A stretch of DNA of 64,000 nt from Malacoraja senta (Eukaryota), in assembly GCA_038087875.1 (NCBI GenBank), contig CM075989.1, forward strand, positions 1,426,001 to 1,490,000. Reading direction: 5' to 3'. Below are positions 12,832 through 26,203 of the stretch, one piece after another; the first letter of the stretch is position 1, and every line of letters starts with the position of its first letter. The position numbers and the translations under genes were made by a program. The notes below the pieces were generated by a model that made no database searches, had not been told where the DNA came from, and saw only the letters and a list, made by a program, of their open reading frames with translations.

Positions 12832-13135
12832 GTTTTTTGTTTTGTTTAGAGATACAGCACGGAAACAGACCATTTGGCCCATCGAGTCCGCACCGACCAG
12901 CGATCCCTGCATATTAACACTAACCTACCCACACCAGCAACTATTTTACATTCATACTAAGCCAATTAACCTACAATCCTGTACGTCTTTGGAGTGTGGG
13001 AAGAAACAGAAGATCTCGGAGAAAACCCACACAAGTCACAGGGAGAAAGTACAAACTCCGTACAGACAGCACCCGTAGTCAGGGTCGAGCCCAGGCCCGG
13101 CGCTGTGAGTCAGCAACACTGTGCCACCATGCCGC
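12832..13135 (-). mobile_element. tRNA-derived SINE
   Basis: Same family as 7972-8281. Confidence 0.82.
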
Positions 13136-13340
13136 TCACATAGTGGAATAAATATGATATTATCTGCATTGTACAAAGATTTGGAACATTTGCCGATTGC
13201 AGTCATACTTGCCAGACTGTTACCAGGCATTGCTTTCACCTTTAAGCTTTGACCGTGATACATGTGTTACTTCAAAGATTAGTACACAGGGATTTCATGT
13301 CTGCTAATCTTATTTCAAAAGTTGTCTCTTACTTAAACAG

Positions 13341-13366
13341 AATTTGCATTCTTGAAGGAGTTTGAA
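13341..13366 (+). CDS. Candidate host exon (donor uncertain; the frame stays open to 13609)
   Basis: CTAAT branch-like site and TTGTCTCTTACTTAAACAG acceptor; only one open phase (FAFLKEFE...); weak donors after 13366, 13381 and 13492. Confidence 0.25.
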
Positions 13367-13621
13367 GTGAATGACTTGAATGTAATAGCACACTCAAGCA
13401 TTCTTGAAACACTTATAAAAAGATCAAAGCAAGCACTGAAATACAGACAGTCAAAACTATGTAGTAAATGCAACGTCTTTGCAAAGCGCTCAGTGAGATT
13501 GTGTGCTTTGATCCAGCTGGTGTCTGAAAGATTGTTGGTTTTGCTCAGCACTGGTTCCCATGACAAATCCTTCGATGTTGTCACCCATTTCGGCAGCAGG
13601 CAGATATAAGTCGAGGCTGTA

Positions 13622-13753
13622 TGTGTAGGAAGGAACTGCAGATGCTGGTTAAAACCGAAGATAGTCAAAAAAAAGCCGGAGTAACTCAGAGGGACAGGCA
13701 GCATCTCAGGAGAGAAGGAATGTGTGATGTTTTGGGTCGAGACCCTTTTTCAG
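13622..13753 (-). mobile_element. Penelope-like terminal repeat fragment
   Basis: TGTGTAGGAAGGAACTGCAGATGCTGG... is homologous to the 3' end of the Penelope element at 39010-39135. Confidence 0.75.
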
Positions 13754-13799
13754 CTGCAGTCTCCCAGTGTTCCAGTACCCTAACTTCCTCATGCCCCAT

Positions 13800-14132
13800 T
13801 CCTTCAGCGAGATGTCCGTTGGGGAATGTTGCCGACTGGCTCACTCCAGACTACAGGAGTACGTGCTCAGGGATGCACTGAAGCTCGGTGCAGCCAACGC
13901 CAAGGCTCTGTGGTCTAGGACCACAGTCTAGGGTCCTTCTGCTACTGGACATTGGGGGCAGAGGTCACCATGAGTGGCAATGGTGCGGATATAATGATAT
14001 TTTGGGGAACACTACGGCACAACGCTAACCAATGTATGTATAGCCTCCGAGAATGGCGGAAGTGTTTTTGCACAGTTCGTGTTTTGTAGAACTTTTTATC
14101 ATGAAAAGAAGTTTATTTTGATTTAAAATAAA
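13800..14132 (+). mobile_element. L1/Tx1-like LINE 3' end
   Basis: Frame EMSVGECCRLAHSRLQEYVLRDALKLGAANAKALWSRTTV* followed by a 3' UTR and A-rich end; family assignment from recall. Confidence 0.55.
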
Positions 14133-14331
14133 AGTTCACCAGCTTGATTGTTGGTCGGCTTTCCAGACAAGGATGAACTTGGTGAACGAGGCAAAATTGG
14201 TCCAGAAGTGAATCATCGCAAGAGGGAAACCATGGTGGTGCAATGATGTTCGACTTTCACTGATGCTGTTTCCATTATCTAACCCTCAGCCTTCTTCACC
14301 AAGGCTGGAATAAGCTGGAATCTCTTAAACA

Positions 14332-14878
14332 GTGTAGGAAGGAACTGCAGATGCTGGTTTAAATCGAAGATAGACAGAAAAAGCTGGAGTAACTCAGCGG
14401 GACACGCACCATCTCTGGAGAGAAGGAAGGGGTGACTTTTCCTGAGACCCTTCTTCATAGTAGTCAAGGGGAAAGGGAAACAAGAGATATAGACGATGAT
14501 GTAGAGAGATCTTCTTAACGAGTCCACATCACAAGATTAGAAATTATTCAGCCAGAGCTGAACACACTTCTCGGCATCTACATACAATGGCACCTTGCGC
14601 TTCTGGTGCTTCTTGTGCCTGGTGGGGGAAAGATTGCTGGAAGCAGGGTCGTGACGTGAACACTCTTTCCCTGACCCCATGTAGAGAGATAAAGAACATT
14701 GAATGAAAGATATGCAAAAAAAGTAACAAGGATAAAGGAAACAGGCCGTTATTAGCCATTTGTTGGGTAAAAACGAGAAACTGGTGCGACTTGGGTGGGG
14801 GAGGGATAGAGAGAGAGGGAATGCCAGGGTTACTTGAAGTTAGAGAAATCAATATTCATACCGGTGGGATGTAAGCTG
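14332..14878 (-). mobile_element. Penelope-like fragment interrupted by a 168-bp insert (14511-14678)
   Basis: Terminal repeat plus the end of the GIY-YIG ORF (SLHPTGMNIDFSNFK*). Confidence 0.8.
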
Positions 14879-15189
14879 TGTCGGTCAGAAGGGACTTCAT
14901 TCATTTGAGGTTTGTTGACAAGTGTTGTTGAAGATAACATGTCAGTCACACTGGAAATGCCTGATTCAGAAAGGACTAGATGAGATGGGATCATGATCAT
15001 GGTGAGCATGGATGAGTTGGGCCGAAGGGCCTGATTCCATGCTCTCTGACTGATTCTATGACTTGAACCTTTGGTGTCAGTGAGAGAAGAAAGGGTCTGA
15101 TATAGACCAAGGCTTCCAAATAAAAAGCTTTCATTTGAAATTGAAGTTGCCAATAAGCAATAAGACTATTGGGAGTAGCAGGAGCTCTT

Positions 15190-15517
15190 ACATAGATACA
15201 TAGAAAATGGTGCAGGAGTAGGCCATTCGGCCCTTCGAGCCTGCACCGCCATTCAATATGATCATGGCTGATCATCCAACTCAGTATCCCGTACCGGCCT
15301 TCTCTCCATACCCCCTGATCCCCTTAGCCACAAGGGCCACATCTAACTCCCTCTTAAATATAGCCAATGAACTGGCCTCAACTACCCTCTGTGGCAGAGA
15401 GTTCCAGAGATTCACCACTCTCTGTGTGAAAAAGTTTTCCTCATCTCGGTCTTAAAGGATTTCCCCCTTATCCTTAAGCTGTGACCCCTTGTCCTGGACT
15501 TCCCCAACATCGGGAAC
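15190..15517 (-). mobile_element. CR1/HER1 LINE 3' fragment
   Basis: Reverse complement of the 3' end at about 38260-38570, with an ACATAGA(T/A) tail. Confidence 0.9.
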
Positions 15518-15682
15518 TCTTGTTCCCCTCAGGCTCAAACTTCATCTTCCTCAAGTTTCCATATCTGTTTGTGCTCTGCCTCAAAATCCCCATCCCTTTA
15601 TGTCACTACGCTACAAGCATTTCTAGTCGACTTTAAAGCTTCTTTCGCCTCTGCATGTATGTTTCCCAGTTTTTCATTTCAG

Positions 15683-15736
15683 TGGCCAAAGCTCAATTTT
15701 ATAATAACAGACCAGCCGCTGCCCCCTTTGGGCAGG
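15683..15736 (+). CDS. Candidate 54-nt internal exon of the host gene
   Basis: TTTTTCATTTCAG acceptor and AGG|GTATGT donor; open in phase 0 (WPKLNFIITDQPLPPLGR) and phase 1 (AKAQFYNNRPAAAPFGQ). Confidence 0.5.
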
Positions 15737-15801
15737 GTATGTTGAACAGAAAGATTCCTGGATCAGTAATCCTGGCACAGTGAGGTAGTGTAGGAGTGAC
15801 T

Positions 15802-16276
15802 GAGAGAGTCACACAGCACGGAAACAGACCCTTCAGCCCAACTTGCCCATGCCGACCAACATGCCCCATCTACACTAGTCCCACTTGCCTGCGTTTGGCC
15901 TATATCTCTCCAAACCTGTCCAATCCATATACCTGCCCAAATGTCTTTAAAATGTGTTGTAGGTCTGCCTCAACAACCTTCTCTGGCAGTTTGTTCCATA
16001 TACCCATCACCCACTGAGTGAAACATTGCCTCTCAGAATCCTATTACATCTTTCCCCCCTCACCTTAAACCTATGTCCACAGGTTCTTGATTCCCCCTCC
16101 CTGGGCAAAATACTCTGTGCATCTTCCCTATCTATTCCCCGCATGGTCAAAGCACCTCAATAAGATCATCCCTCATCCTCCTGCGCTCCATGGAATAACA
16201 TCCAAGCCTGCTCAACCTCTTCCTGTAGCTCAAGCCCTCAAGTCCTGGCAACATCCTCGTAAATCTTCTCTGCACC
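15802..16276 (-). mobile_element. Older CR1-type LINE 3' fragment
   Basis: AGAGTCACACAGCACGGAAACAG tail and CR1 ORF2 C-terminal remnants; similar to 55415-55742. Confidence 0.7.
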
Positions 16277-16668
16277 AACATCAGTCAGTGACGTTCAGAA
16301 CTATGCTGCCGTTGAGGAGAATGTGCCCCTCAGTAGACTTAATAGTGCACACCTAATTATGCAACATTGACACCAGCCGTTTAATATTAATGAGAAACAG
16401 AATGCCCCTGTTACACCCCTGACATTTTAATGCAGAGCAAAAATCCACACAAAATAAATGTGATTAGTCCACTGGTCTCTGACTGACTGCATCAGGCATC
16501 ACCCTCCACAAAAGTTCATTGTTGTTAAACGCTGAGTGTGTACTGGGACTACAAGAGGGCAGGACGCAACATGTTTACTGTTCCGCTCTCCTCCCACGCA
16601 CAACAAAGTCAATGCATGGTACAATGGCCTCCCTTCCTTCCTGAGTCCTGATGTTGTTGGCTTCGTAG

Positions 16669-16700
16669 TGTGCTGAAAATTAATAAAGGAGCTGTCAGGA
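16669..16700 (+). CDS. Candidate 32-nt micro-exon
   Basis: TGTTGTTGGCTTCGTAG acceptor and GGA|GTGAGT donor; single open phase VLKINKGAVR, phase-compatible with 17617. Confidence 0.38.
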
Positions 16701-16859
16701 GTGAGTTATGTTCATGCTTTGCGTTGCCAGAGGGACACTGGCTTTACACGGGTCCTGTCCCATTCCCTGCACCCCGGCCTTTTGCTGGCATGAACTGGGA
16801 AAGCACAGCCGCAACAAAGGCTGCATTGCATAGCTTAAACAATTTATGCATCAGAAAAC

Positions 16860-17328
16860 AACATTTTTGTGGACGCAGCCCAGACCATCACGCAAACTAA
16901 CTTCCCTTCCCTTGACTCCATTTATACCTCACACTACCTCGGCCAAGGCCAGCAGCATAATCAAGGACGGGTCACACCCTGGCCACTCTCTCTTCTCCCT
17001 CTCCCATCAGTCAAAAGGTATAGAAGTGTGAAAACGCATACCTCCAGATTCAGGGGCAGTTTCTTCCCAGGCAACTGAATCATCCTATCACAACCAGACA
17101 GCAGTCCTGAATCTACTATCTACCTCATTGGTGACCCTTGGACTATCTTTGATTGGAGTTTGCTGGCTTTATTCTTGCACTATATGTTATTCCCTTATCA
17201 TGTATCGATATATTGTAAATGGCTCGATTATAACCGTGTATTGTATTTCCACTGACGGGTTAGCACGCAACAAAAGCTTTTCAATGTACCCACTGTACAC
17301 GTCACAATAACTTAAACTAAACTAAACT
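16860..17328 (+). mobile_element. Rex1/L2-type LINE 3' end
   Basis: KASSIIKDGSHPGHSLF and LPSVKRYRSVKTHTSRFRGSFFP, then a (TAAAC)n tail. Confidence 0.8.
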
Positions 17329-17616
17329 TGCCCACACACTGAGACATTTGAAATGGTTCCAAGCAGAGTTTTCAGCGGGAAAACAAACAGCCTGGGATTA
17401 CTTTTAGGAGAAATAATCATGTTGTTTGAAAGTTACAGAAATGAATTGGTTGTAGAAATGAGTGAGTGAGCCAATATCAATTATGGGGTTTTGTTAATGG
17501 TACATTTTGACTTTCAAGTGGGCAAGCAGGATAATCTAGACATGTAAAAACCACAACATAATCACGGGGGATCACTTGTCAATTTTTTTCTCTCTGCTTT
17601 TGGTCGCGCACTTAAG

Positions 17617-17647
17617 ACTCTGACAAAAGTGCCATCAGAGAGTCAAG
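17617..17647 (+). CDS. Candidate 31-nt micro-exon
   Basis: TTTTTTTCTCTCTGCTTTTGG...TTAAG acceptor and AAG|GTAACC donor; the phase-1 reading SDKSAIRES ends in phase 2, matching the exon at 26927. Confidence 0.45.
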
Positions 17648-18290
17648 GTAACCCCACCACATCCAAGAAAGCAATGTGCTGGATCTTCCCGTCACTTACC
17701 TCCCATTTACATTGCTTTCCTTCGGTAAATACCTGCAGACCGTTGCTCTGTCCATGCACTTTCCGATAGCTCTCCACCCTCCCAGATTAGTTGAGTTTAG
17801 TTTAGTTTAGAGATATAGCATGGAAGCAGGACCTTTGGCCCACTGAGGCCACGGCAACCATCGATCACCCATTCATGTGTAGGAAGGAACTGCAGATGCT
17901 GGTTTAAAACCAAAGATGGACACAAAATGCTGGAGTAACATCTGGGACAGGCAGCATCTCTGGAGAGAAGGAATGGGTGACGTGGTGGTGTCGTCTGCAA
18001 ATTTGTAAATTGAATTGTATTTGTACTTGGATGCACAGTCGTGGGTGTACAAGGAGTAAAGAAGGGGACTGAGAACGCATCCTAGTGGAGCATCAGTGTT
18101 GAGGATTATCGTAGAGGATGATTTGTCCCCGAGCCTCACTGATTGGGGTCTGTTGGTCAGGAAGTCGAGGATCCAGTTGCAGAGATGAGTGCCGGCTCAT
18201 AATCAGATCATCTCCCTGAAGGTAATGTTTTCATCTGTTACACTCTCCTGAATCTATTTGGAGTGGGTAGTGGTGTAAGATATGTAGTAA

Positions 18291-18702
18291 AGGGGCTGTC
18301 CCACTGTGGCGACCTAATCCGCGAGTTCAGACGAGTTTGCCCTCGACTCACAGCATGGTCGACACGAGGTCCTAGGAGGTCTTTGTAACTCTCCTTCATT
18401 CTCGAGATTAGTCCCCGCATACTCGAGGCCTCAGCTAGGTAGCGGCGTATTTTTCAACATGCTGAAAAATGCCCGCGAGTAAAAACAGGTCGCCATGGAA
18501 AAAATCGATACGTTCTTTACTCGTAGGTTTAGTCGAAGTAGGTCGTAGTAGGTCGGCATGTTAGTAGGTAATCGAGGGTATTCGAAGGTAGCCGTAGATA
18601 GTCTTCTACATAGTCGAAGGAGGTCTTCAACATGACATTTTTTCAAACTCTCCTAAACTCTTCTAAACTCGCCAGTTAGGTCGCCACAGTGGGACAGCCC
18701 CT
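18291..18702. mobile_element. Non-autonomous PIF/Harbinger-like MITE
   Basis: 27-bp perfect TIR AGGGGCTGTCCCACTGTGGCGACCTAA; TAA TSD at 18288-18290 and 18703-18705. Confidence 0.9.
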
Positions 18703-18859
18703 TAAGGAGTGAAACGCATCTGCTTTAAAACTGGAACAGTGTACCACAGACAACAAAATAAATGTTTTGTCTACCACTAAATAAATGTTGCTTCTTTTAC
18801 ACGAACACAAGCTAATGTATAACCAGGGCCGTAGATAGAGCTTTCAACTAAATAGTGGG

Positions 18860-21375
18860 GGGGGGGGGGTCAACAAATTGGAAGTAAGGGTGGAGTTAAA
18901 GGAAAGCGAGTGCAGGAAAAGTTAAGGAAGTCTCCAGAATTAATGGGATGGAAGGTTTAAGAAGGGATAAGAACGTAAGGTCAGGTAAAATCAGGACTGG
19001 TGTTAGAGGGGAAGAGAATTCCAAATTAAAGGTGTATTTGAATGCACGCTGTATAAGAACAAAGTGGATGAACTTGTGGCGCAATTAGAAATTGGCAGGT
19101 ATGATGTTGTGGGAATTACAGAGACGTGGCTGCAAGAGGATCGGAGCTGCGAACTAAATATTCAGGGTTATACGTCCTATCGGAAGAACAGACAGGTAGG
19201 CAGAGAGGGTGGGGTGGCTCTGTTGGTAAGGGATGAGATTCAGTCCTTAGTGAGGGTGACATAGGATCAGAAGATGTAGAGTCATTGTGGATAGAGCTGA
19301 AAAATTGTACGGGTAAAAATACCCTAATGGGAGTTATTTACAGGTCCCCAAACAGCAGCCTGGATAGAGGGTACGTTATATCAGGTCTACAATCGGTATG
19401 TAACAAAGGCAATGTTACCGTGGTCATGGGAGATTTCAATATGCAGGTAGACTGGGAAAATCAGGTTGGTACTGGACCCCAAGAAAGGGAGTTTGTGGAG
19501 TGCTTCCAAGATGGGTTATTAGAGCAGCTTGTACTGGAGCCTACCAGGGAAAAGGCAATTCTGGATTTAGTATTATGTAATGAACCGGATTTGAAAAGGG
19601 AATTCAAGGTAAAAGAACCATAAGGAGGTACTGACCATAATATGATAAGTTTTAATCTGCAATTTGAGAGGGAGAAAGGAAATCAGATGAGTCAGTATTA
19701 CAGCTGAGCAAAGGGGACTATGGAGGCATGAGGGAGGAGCAGGCCAACGTTGACTGGAAAGGGACCCTAGCAGGATCTTCTCATTCCAAAGAGGAAGACA
19801 GATTCTAAGGGGAGAAAGAAGCAACCGTGGCTGACAAGGAAAGTCAAGGACTGTATAAAACTGAAAGCGAAGGTATATAACATTACAAAAGAGTAGTGGG
19901 AAGCCAGAGGATTGGGAAGCTTTTAAAGAACAACAGAAGGTAACTAAAAAGGCAATTTGGGGAGAAAAGATGAAATATGAAGGTAACCTAGCTCATAATA
20001 TAAAAGAGGATAGCAATAGTTTCTTCAGTTATATTAAGAGTAAGAAAGAGGCAAGAGTGGACATTGGACTGCTGTAAAATAATGCAGGAGAAGTGATAAT
20101 GGGGAATAAAGAAATGGGACAGGGGTTGAATAACTTTTTTGCATCCGTCTTCACAGTGGAAGACACCAGCAACGTGCCTGACATTCAAGAGAGTCGGGGG
20201 TTGGATGTTAGTGGAGTGGCTATTACTAGGGAGAAGGTGCTTGGGAAGCTGAAAGGGCTAAATGTGAATAAATCATCTGGGCGGGATGGACTGTACCCCA
20301 GTGTTCTGAAAGAGGTGGCTTTAGAGATTGTGGAGGCATTGATAGTGATGTTTCAAGAAACACTAGAGTTAGGAGTGGTTCCAGATGATTGGAAAATTGC
20401 CAACATTACCCCATTGAACAAGAAGGGAGCGAAGCAAAATAGTCGGAACTATAGGCCAGTTAGTCTGATTTCGGTGGTTGGCAAGATTTTAGAGTCGATT
20501 ATAAGGGATGAGGTTACGGAGTACTTAGAACTTCACGATAAAATAGCCCAAAGTCAGCATAGCTTTGTGAAAGGGAGGTCTTGCTTGACAAATTGGCTGG
20601 AATTCTTTGGAGAAGTAAATAGCGGGACAGACAAAGGAGAGTCAGTAGATGTTATTTACCTAGATTTTCAGAAAGCCTTTGATAAGATTCCACACGGGAG
20701 GCTGCTTAGGAAGATGAGAGCCCATCCTATCAAAGGGCAGATATTAACATGGATAGCAGATTGGCTGGAAGGCAGTAGGCAAAGAGTGGCAATAAATGAG
20801 GGTTTTTCTGGTTGGCAGCCAGACTAGCGGAGTTTTGCAGGGCTCGGTGCTGGGGCCGCTACTCTTCACGTTGTATATTAATCATTTGGACGAGGGGATT
20901 GAAGACTTTGTGGCCAAGTTGGGAGATGATACAAAAATAGGTGGAGGGGCAGGAAGTGTAGACAAAGCAGGGACATCTGCAGAAGGATTTGGATAGGTTG
21001 GGATAGTGGACACAGAAGTGGCAGATGGAATATAGTGTAGCAAAGTGTGGAGTCAAGCATTTTGGTAGTAGGAATAAAGGCGTAGATTATTTTCTAAATG
21101 AGAAGAGAATCCAGAAATCAGACTTGGGAGTGCTGGTGCAGGATTCCCAAAAAGTAGTAAAGAAAGCAAACGCTATACTAGCATTTATTTAGTGTGGGCT
21201 TGCATATAAAAGCAGGGATGTAATGCTGAGGCTCTATAAGGCGCTGGTCAGACCACATTTGGAATATTGTGAGCAATGTTGGGCACCAAATCTGAGGAAG
21301 GATGTGCTGGCTCTGGAAAGGATCCAGAGGAAGTTTACAAGAATGATCCCAGGAATGAGTAGGTTAACATATGAT
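18860..21375 (+). mobile_element. CR1 LINE, nearly full ORF2 (EN + RT), decayed, 3' end missing
   Basis: [45 protein letters not shown]. Confidence 0.92.
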
Positions 21376-22319
21376 AACATAGAAACATAGAAAATAGGTG
21401 CAGGAGGAGGCCATTTGGCCCTTTGAGCCAGCACCGCCATTCATTGTGATCATGGCTGATCGTCCTCAATCAATAGCCTGCCTTCTCCAACTATCCCTTG
21501 ATTCCACTAGCCCCTAGAGCTCTATCTAACTCTCTCTTAAATCCATCCAGTGATTTGGCCTCCACTGCCCTCTGTGGCAGGGAATTCCACAAATTCACAA
21601 CTCTCTGGGTGAAAAAGTTTTTTCTCACCTCAGTCTTAAATGGCCTCCCCTTTATTCTAAGACTGTGGCCCCTGGTTCTGGATTCGCCCAACATTGGGAA
21701 CATTTTTTTCTGCCTCTAGCTTGTCCAGTCCTTTTATAATTTTATATGTTTCTATAAGATCCCCCTCATATTGTGCTTCTGATTTTCTTTGTTTTGTGTT
21801 TTTGGAAGGAATTCTGTCCCTGATTTATGTATTGGTCTTTATAACCTATTTTTTTTAAATTCTGATTATATGTTTTCTATAAATCTCTGTATGGTGTCCT
21901 TGAGACCTCGGTATAAGGCGCCCGTAAATAAAATCCATTATTATTATTATTATTATTATCCTTCTAAACTCCAGTGAATACAAGCCTAGTCTTTTCAATC
22001 TTTCCTCATATGACAGTCCCACCATCCCAGGGATCAATCTCGTGAACCTACGCTGCACTGCCTCAATCACAAGGATGTCCTTCCTCAAATGAGGAGACCA
22101 AAACTGTACACAATACTCCAGATGTTGTCTTACCAGAGCCCTACACAACTGCAGAAGAACCTCTTTACTCCTATACTGAAATCCTCTTGTTATGAAGGCC
22201 AACATTCCATTAGCTTTCTTCACTGCCCGCTGTACCTGCACGCCAACTTTCGGTGTATAAGGACACCCAGGTCTCGCTGTACCTCCCCCCTACCTAACCT
22301 AACCCCATTGAGATAATAA
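21376..22319 (-). mobile_element. CR1/HER1 LINE 3' fragment carrying a nested insert
   Basis: (ACATAGAA)n tail at 21376; RT C-terminal frames; interrupted at 21770-21959. Confidence 0.9.
21770..21959 (+). mobile_element. 5'-truncated short retroposon with an L2-like (TAT)n tail
   Basis: Homologous to 62956-63140 on the opposite strand; ends GTAAATAAAATCCA(TTA)n. Confidence 0.75.
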
Positions 22320-23580
22320 TTTTGCTCTGGTATTTTATTTAATTCACATGTTTAATCAATAATGTTTTATTATTAATGTTTAATATTTTATGTATCATTC
22401 TTAACTGTCATTGTATGTGATATTGTCACATGTGGGCGGAGCATCAAGGCAAATTCCTTGTATGTGAATACTTGGCCAATAGACTTATTCATTCATTCAT
22501 TCCTTCTGAAACAAAGTTGGGTCAGCTTTCTCTTACCTCTTAGTACCACAACGTAACCAATCTGAGTGTGTCAACTGGAATAGGACTCTGATATATCTGC
22601 CTCACTCAACCTGAATTTGTCGGTTGGGTCTCATTGGTATTGACATTGTTTTTTTTATTATCACGTATACCAAGATACAGTGAAACCTTTGCTTATGTGC
22701 TATCCAGTCAAATCACAATCAATCAATCAATCAATCAATCAAGTCATACACAAGTACAACAGATGGTGCAAAGAGAGAAATACCTGCGTGCAGAATATAA
22801 TGTTACAGTTATGGCATTACAGTTACAGAAAAAAAGTTCAAGCTTAGCAGTGAGGTAGGTTGGAAGGTCGGGACTGCACCTTAGCTAATGGAAGGACCGT
22901 TCAGTAGTCTGATAACGGCAGGCAAGAAGCTGTTTTGAATCTGGTGATACGCACTTTCAAGCTTTTGTACCTTTTCTGCAATGCAAGAGGGGAGAAGAGA
23001 TAATAATGTGAAAAGAAGTCCTTGATTATGAGTCAGTTTGAAGTGGAGATGGGTTGCTGGTGGGGAGACTGGTCTGTGTGATGGACTGAGCCACATCCAC
23101 AACGCTGTGTCATTTTATGTTAAGCCAAGTTATGATGAATCGTGATAGGATTCTTTCTCTGGTGCATGTGTAGAAGCTGGTAAACTCATTAAGGACATGA
23201 TGTTGATGATACTTTATTGTCACTTGAACCTCGGTACAGTGAAATTATTTTTGCATACAAACTACACAAAAGAGTTGCCACAACATTACAAAAAGTACGG
23301 ATCACTCCTTCGTCCCCCGTCCCCCCCACGCCAGGTCCTGTTTGTCCTCAGCGGAGCGGCCCATCCACCTCGGCCCGACTGATCTCCCGGCTCCAACCTC
23401 CAGGTTCCGACCTCGGCTCGACTCGCTCCGACATCGAAGGCGAACTTCCAAACATGCCGACATCCTTAATCTTATAGAGTCATAGAGTGATACAGCATGG
23501 AAACAGGCCCTTCGGCCCAACTTGCCCATACCGACCAACATGTCCCATCTACCTCCCACCTGCCTGCGTTTGGCCCATGG

Positions 23581-24765
23581 ACGATAAGATATGATAGGAC
23601 TTTATTTATCGCAGGAGGGAAATTGATCTGTCAACAGTCATAAAACACAAAATACATGAAACATGAAAGTAAAGTGCGAGTGGAAAAGATTGGGGATGTG
23701 CAAAGATTGGGCGGGGGGTGGGGGTTGGGGGGGGGGGAAGGGGAGGAAGTCAGTTTCAATCTACCCCACAACAGAAGGGGAATAAATTGTACAGTTTGAT
23801 AGCCACAGGGAAGAAGGATCCTCTGTGGCGTTCTGTGCTGCATCTTGATGGAACCAGTCTGTTGCTGAAGGTGATCCTCAGGTTGACCAGTGTGTCATGG
23901 AGAGGGTGAGCTGTATTGTCCAGGATGCTCCACAGTTTGAGGAGCATCCTCCCCTCCAAGACCACTTCCCATGAATCCATCCCCGCCCCCAGGACGGAGC
24001 CAACATTCCTGATGAGTTTGTTCATCCTATTGGTGTCCGCGTCCTTCGCCCTGCTGCCCCAGCACACGGCAACGAAGAAGATGGCACTGGCCAACTGGCA
24101 TTGGTAGAATATCTGCAGCATCTCACTGCAGATGTTGAAGGAGTGGAGCCTTCTCAAATAGTGCAACCGCTCTGTCCCCTTCTTGTACAGGGCCTCAGCG
24201 TTCCTGGACCAGTCCAGTTTACTGTTGTCCAGGTACACTCCAAGGTATTTGCACTCCCTGGTAAACTGCACACCCACACCATTGAGAGACAGGGGACAGG
24301 GGTGTTCCTCTCCTCCTCTCCTCTCCTCCTAAAGTCCACCATTAACTCCTTAGTCTAATCAGTGTTGAGCTGCAGGTGATTCGGCCCACACTACTCAACA
24401 AAGTCGTTGACTACACCTCAGTATTCGGCTTCCCTTCCCGCACTGATGCAGCCCACAATTGCAATCATCCAAAAACTTCTGCAGGTGGCAGGAGAAGGAG
24501 TTAAATCTGAAGTCCGAGGTGTAGATGGTAAACAGGAAGGGAGAGAGGACCGTCCTCTGTAGGCCCCTGTGTTGCTCACTACTGTGTCCGGGACACAGTT
24601 CTGTAGCCTGACATATTGTGGTCATCCAGTCAGGTAGAAGGACACTAATGGAGCATCCACCCGCATCTTTGTCAGTTTGCTCCTAAGCAGTGCAGGCCGG
24701 AGGTGTTAAAAGCACTGGAGAAGTCAAAACACATGACTCTCACAATGCTTCTGGGCTGATCCAGA
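23581..24765 (-). mobile_element. Rex1/Babar-type LINE, RT and C-terminal remnant
   Basis: VLSPFLFTIYTSDF, KFLDD, KYLGVYLD, RLHYLRRLHSF, SFFPVAIKLYN. Confidence 0.85.
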
Positions 24766-24798
24766 CCCTGCATCAGCACTATAGTGAAGGGAGGGAGA

Positions 24799-26203
24799 GA
24801 GAAAAAGGGATGGAGAGAGAAAACGGGGAATTATAGACCAGTTAGTCTAACATCGGTAGTGGGAAAATGCTAGAGTCAGTTATTAAAGATGGGATAGCAG
24901 CACATTTGGAAAGAGGTGAATTCATTGGACAAAGATGGATTTATGAAAGGTAAATCGTGTCTGACGAATCTTATAGAATTTTTCGAGGATGTAACTAGTA
25001 GAGTGGATAAGGGAAAACCAGTGCTTGTGTTATATCTGGACTTTCAGAAGGCTTTCGACAAGGTCCCACATAAGAGATTAGAATACAAACTTAAAGCACA
25101 CGGTATTGGGGGTTCAGTATTGATGTGGATAGAGAACTGGCTGGCAGACAGGAAGCAAAGAGTAGGAGTAAACGGGTCCTTTTCAGAATAGCAGGCAGTG
25201 ACTAGTGGGGTACCGCAAGGCTCAGTGCTGGGACCCCAGCTATTTACAATATATATTCATGATTTGGATGAGGGAATTGAATGCAACATCTCCAAGTTTG
25301 CAGATGACACAAAGCTGGGGGGCAGTGTTAGCTGTGAGGAGGATGCTAGGAGGCTGCAAGGTGACTTGGATAGGTTGGGTGTGTGGGCAAATGCATGGCA
25401 GATGCAGTATAATGTGGATAAATGTGAGGTTGACTATTATCTGAATGGTGGCCGATTAGGAAAAGGGGAGATGCAACGAGACCTGGGTGTCATGGTACAC
25501 CAGTCATTGAAAGTAGGCATGCAGGTGCAGCAGGCAGTGAAGAAAGCGAATGGTATGTTAGCATTCATAGCAAAAGGCTTTGAGTATAAGAGCAGGGAGG
25601 TTCTACTGCAGTTGTACAGGGTCTTGGTGAGACCACACCTGGAGTATTGCGTACAGTTTTGGTGTCCTAATCTGAGGAAATACATTCTTGCCATAGAGGG
25701 AGTACAGAGAAGGTTCACCGGACTGATTCCCGGGATGGCAGGACTTTCATATGAAGAAAGACTGGATAGACTCGGCTTGTACTCGCTAGAATTTAGAAGA
25801 TTGAGGGGGGATCTTATAGAAACTTACAAAATTCTTAAGTGATTGGACAGGCTAGATGCAGGAAGATTATCCCCGATGTTGGGGAAGTCCAGAACAAGAG
25901 GTCACAGTTTAAGGATAAGGGGGAAACCTTTTAGGACCGAGATGAGAAAATCATTTTTTACACAGAGAGTGGTGAATCTGTGGAATTCTCTGCCACAGAA
26001 GGTAGTTGAGGCCAGTTCATTGGCTATATTTAAGAGGGAGTTAGATGTGGCCCTTGTGGCTAATGGGATCAGGGGGTATGGAGAGAAGGCAGGGACACGA
26101 TACTGAGTTGGATGATCAGCCATGATCATATTGAATGGCGGTGCAGGCTCGAAGGGCCGAATGGCCTACTCCTGCACCTATTTTCTCTGTTTCTATGTTT
26201 CTA
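24799..26203 (+). mobile_element. CR1/HER1 LINE, 5'-truncated
   Basis: RT motifs with two in-frame stops and an internal deletion; (TTTCTATG)n tail. Confidence 0.93.

Noticed and set aside
13333..13435. Minus-strand exon (TTTCAG acceptor, GTAAGA donor)
   Set aside because: Two phases stop early and the third ends in TAA at the donor; I found no compatible minus-strand coding chain (22539-22612 is also closed in all phases).
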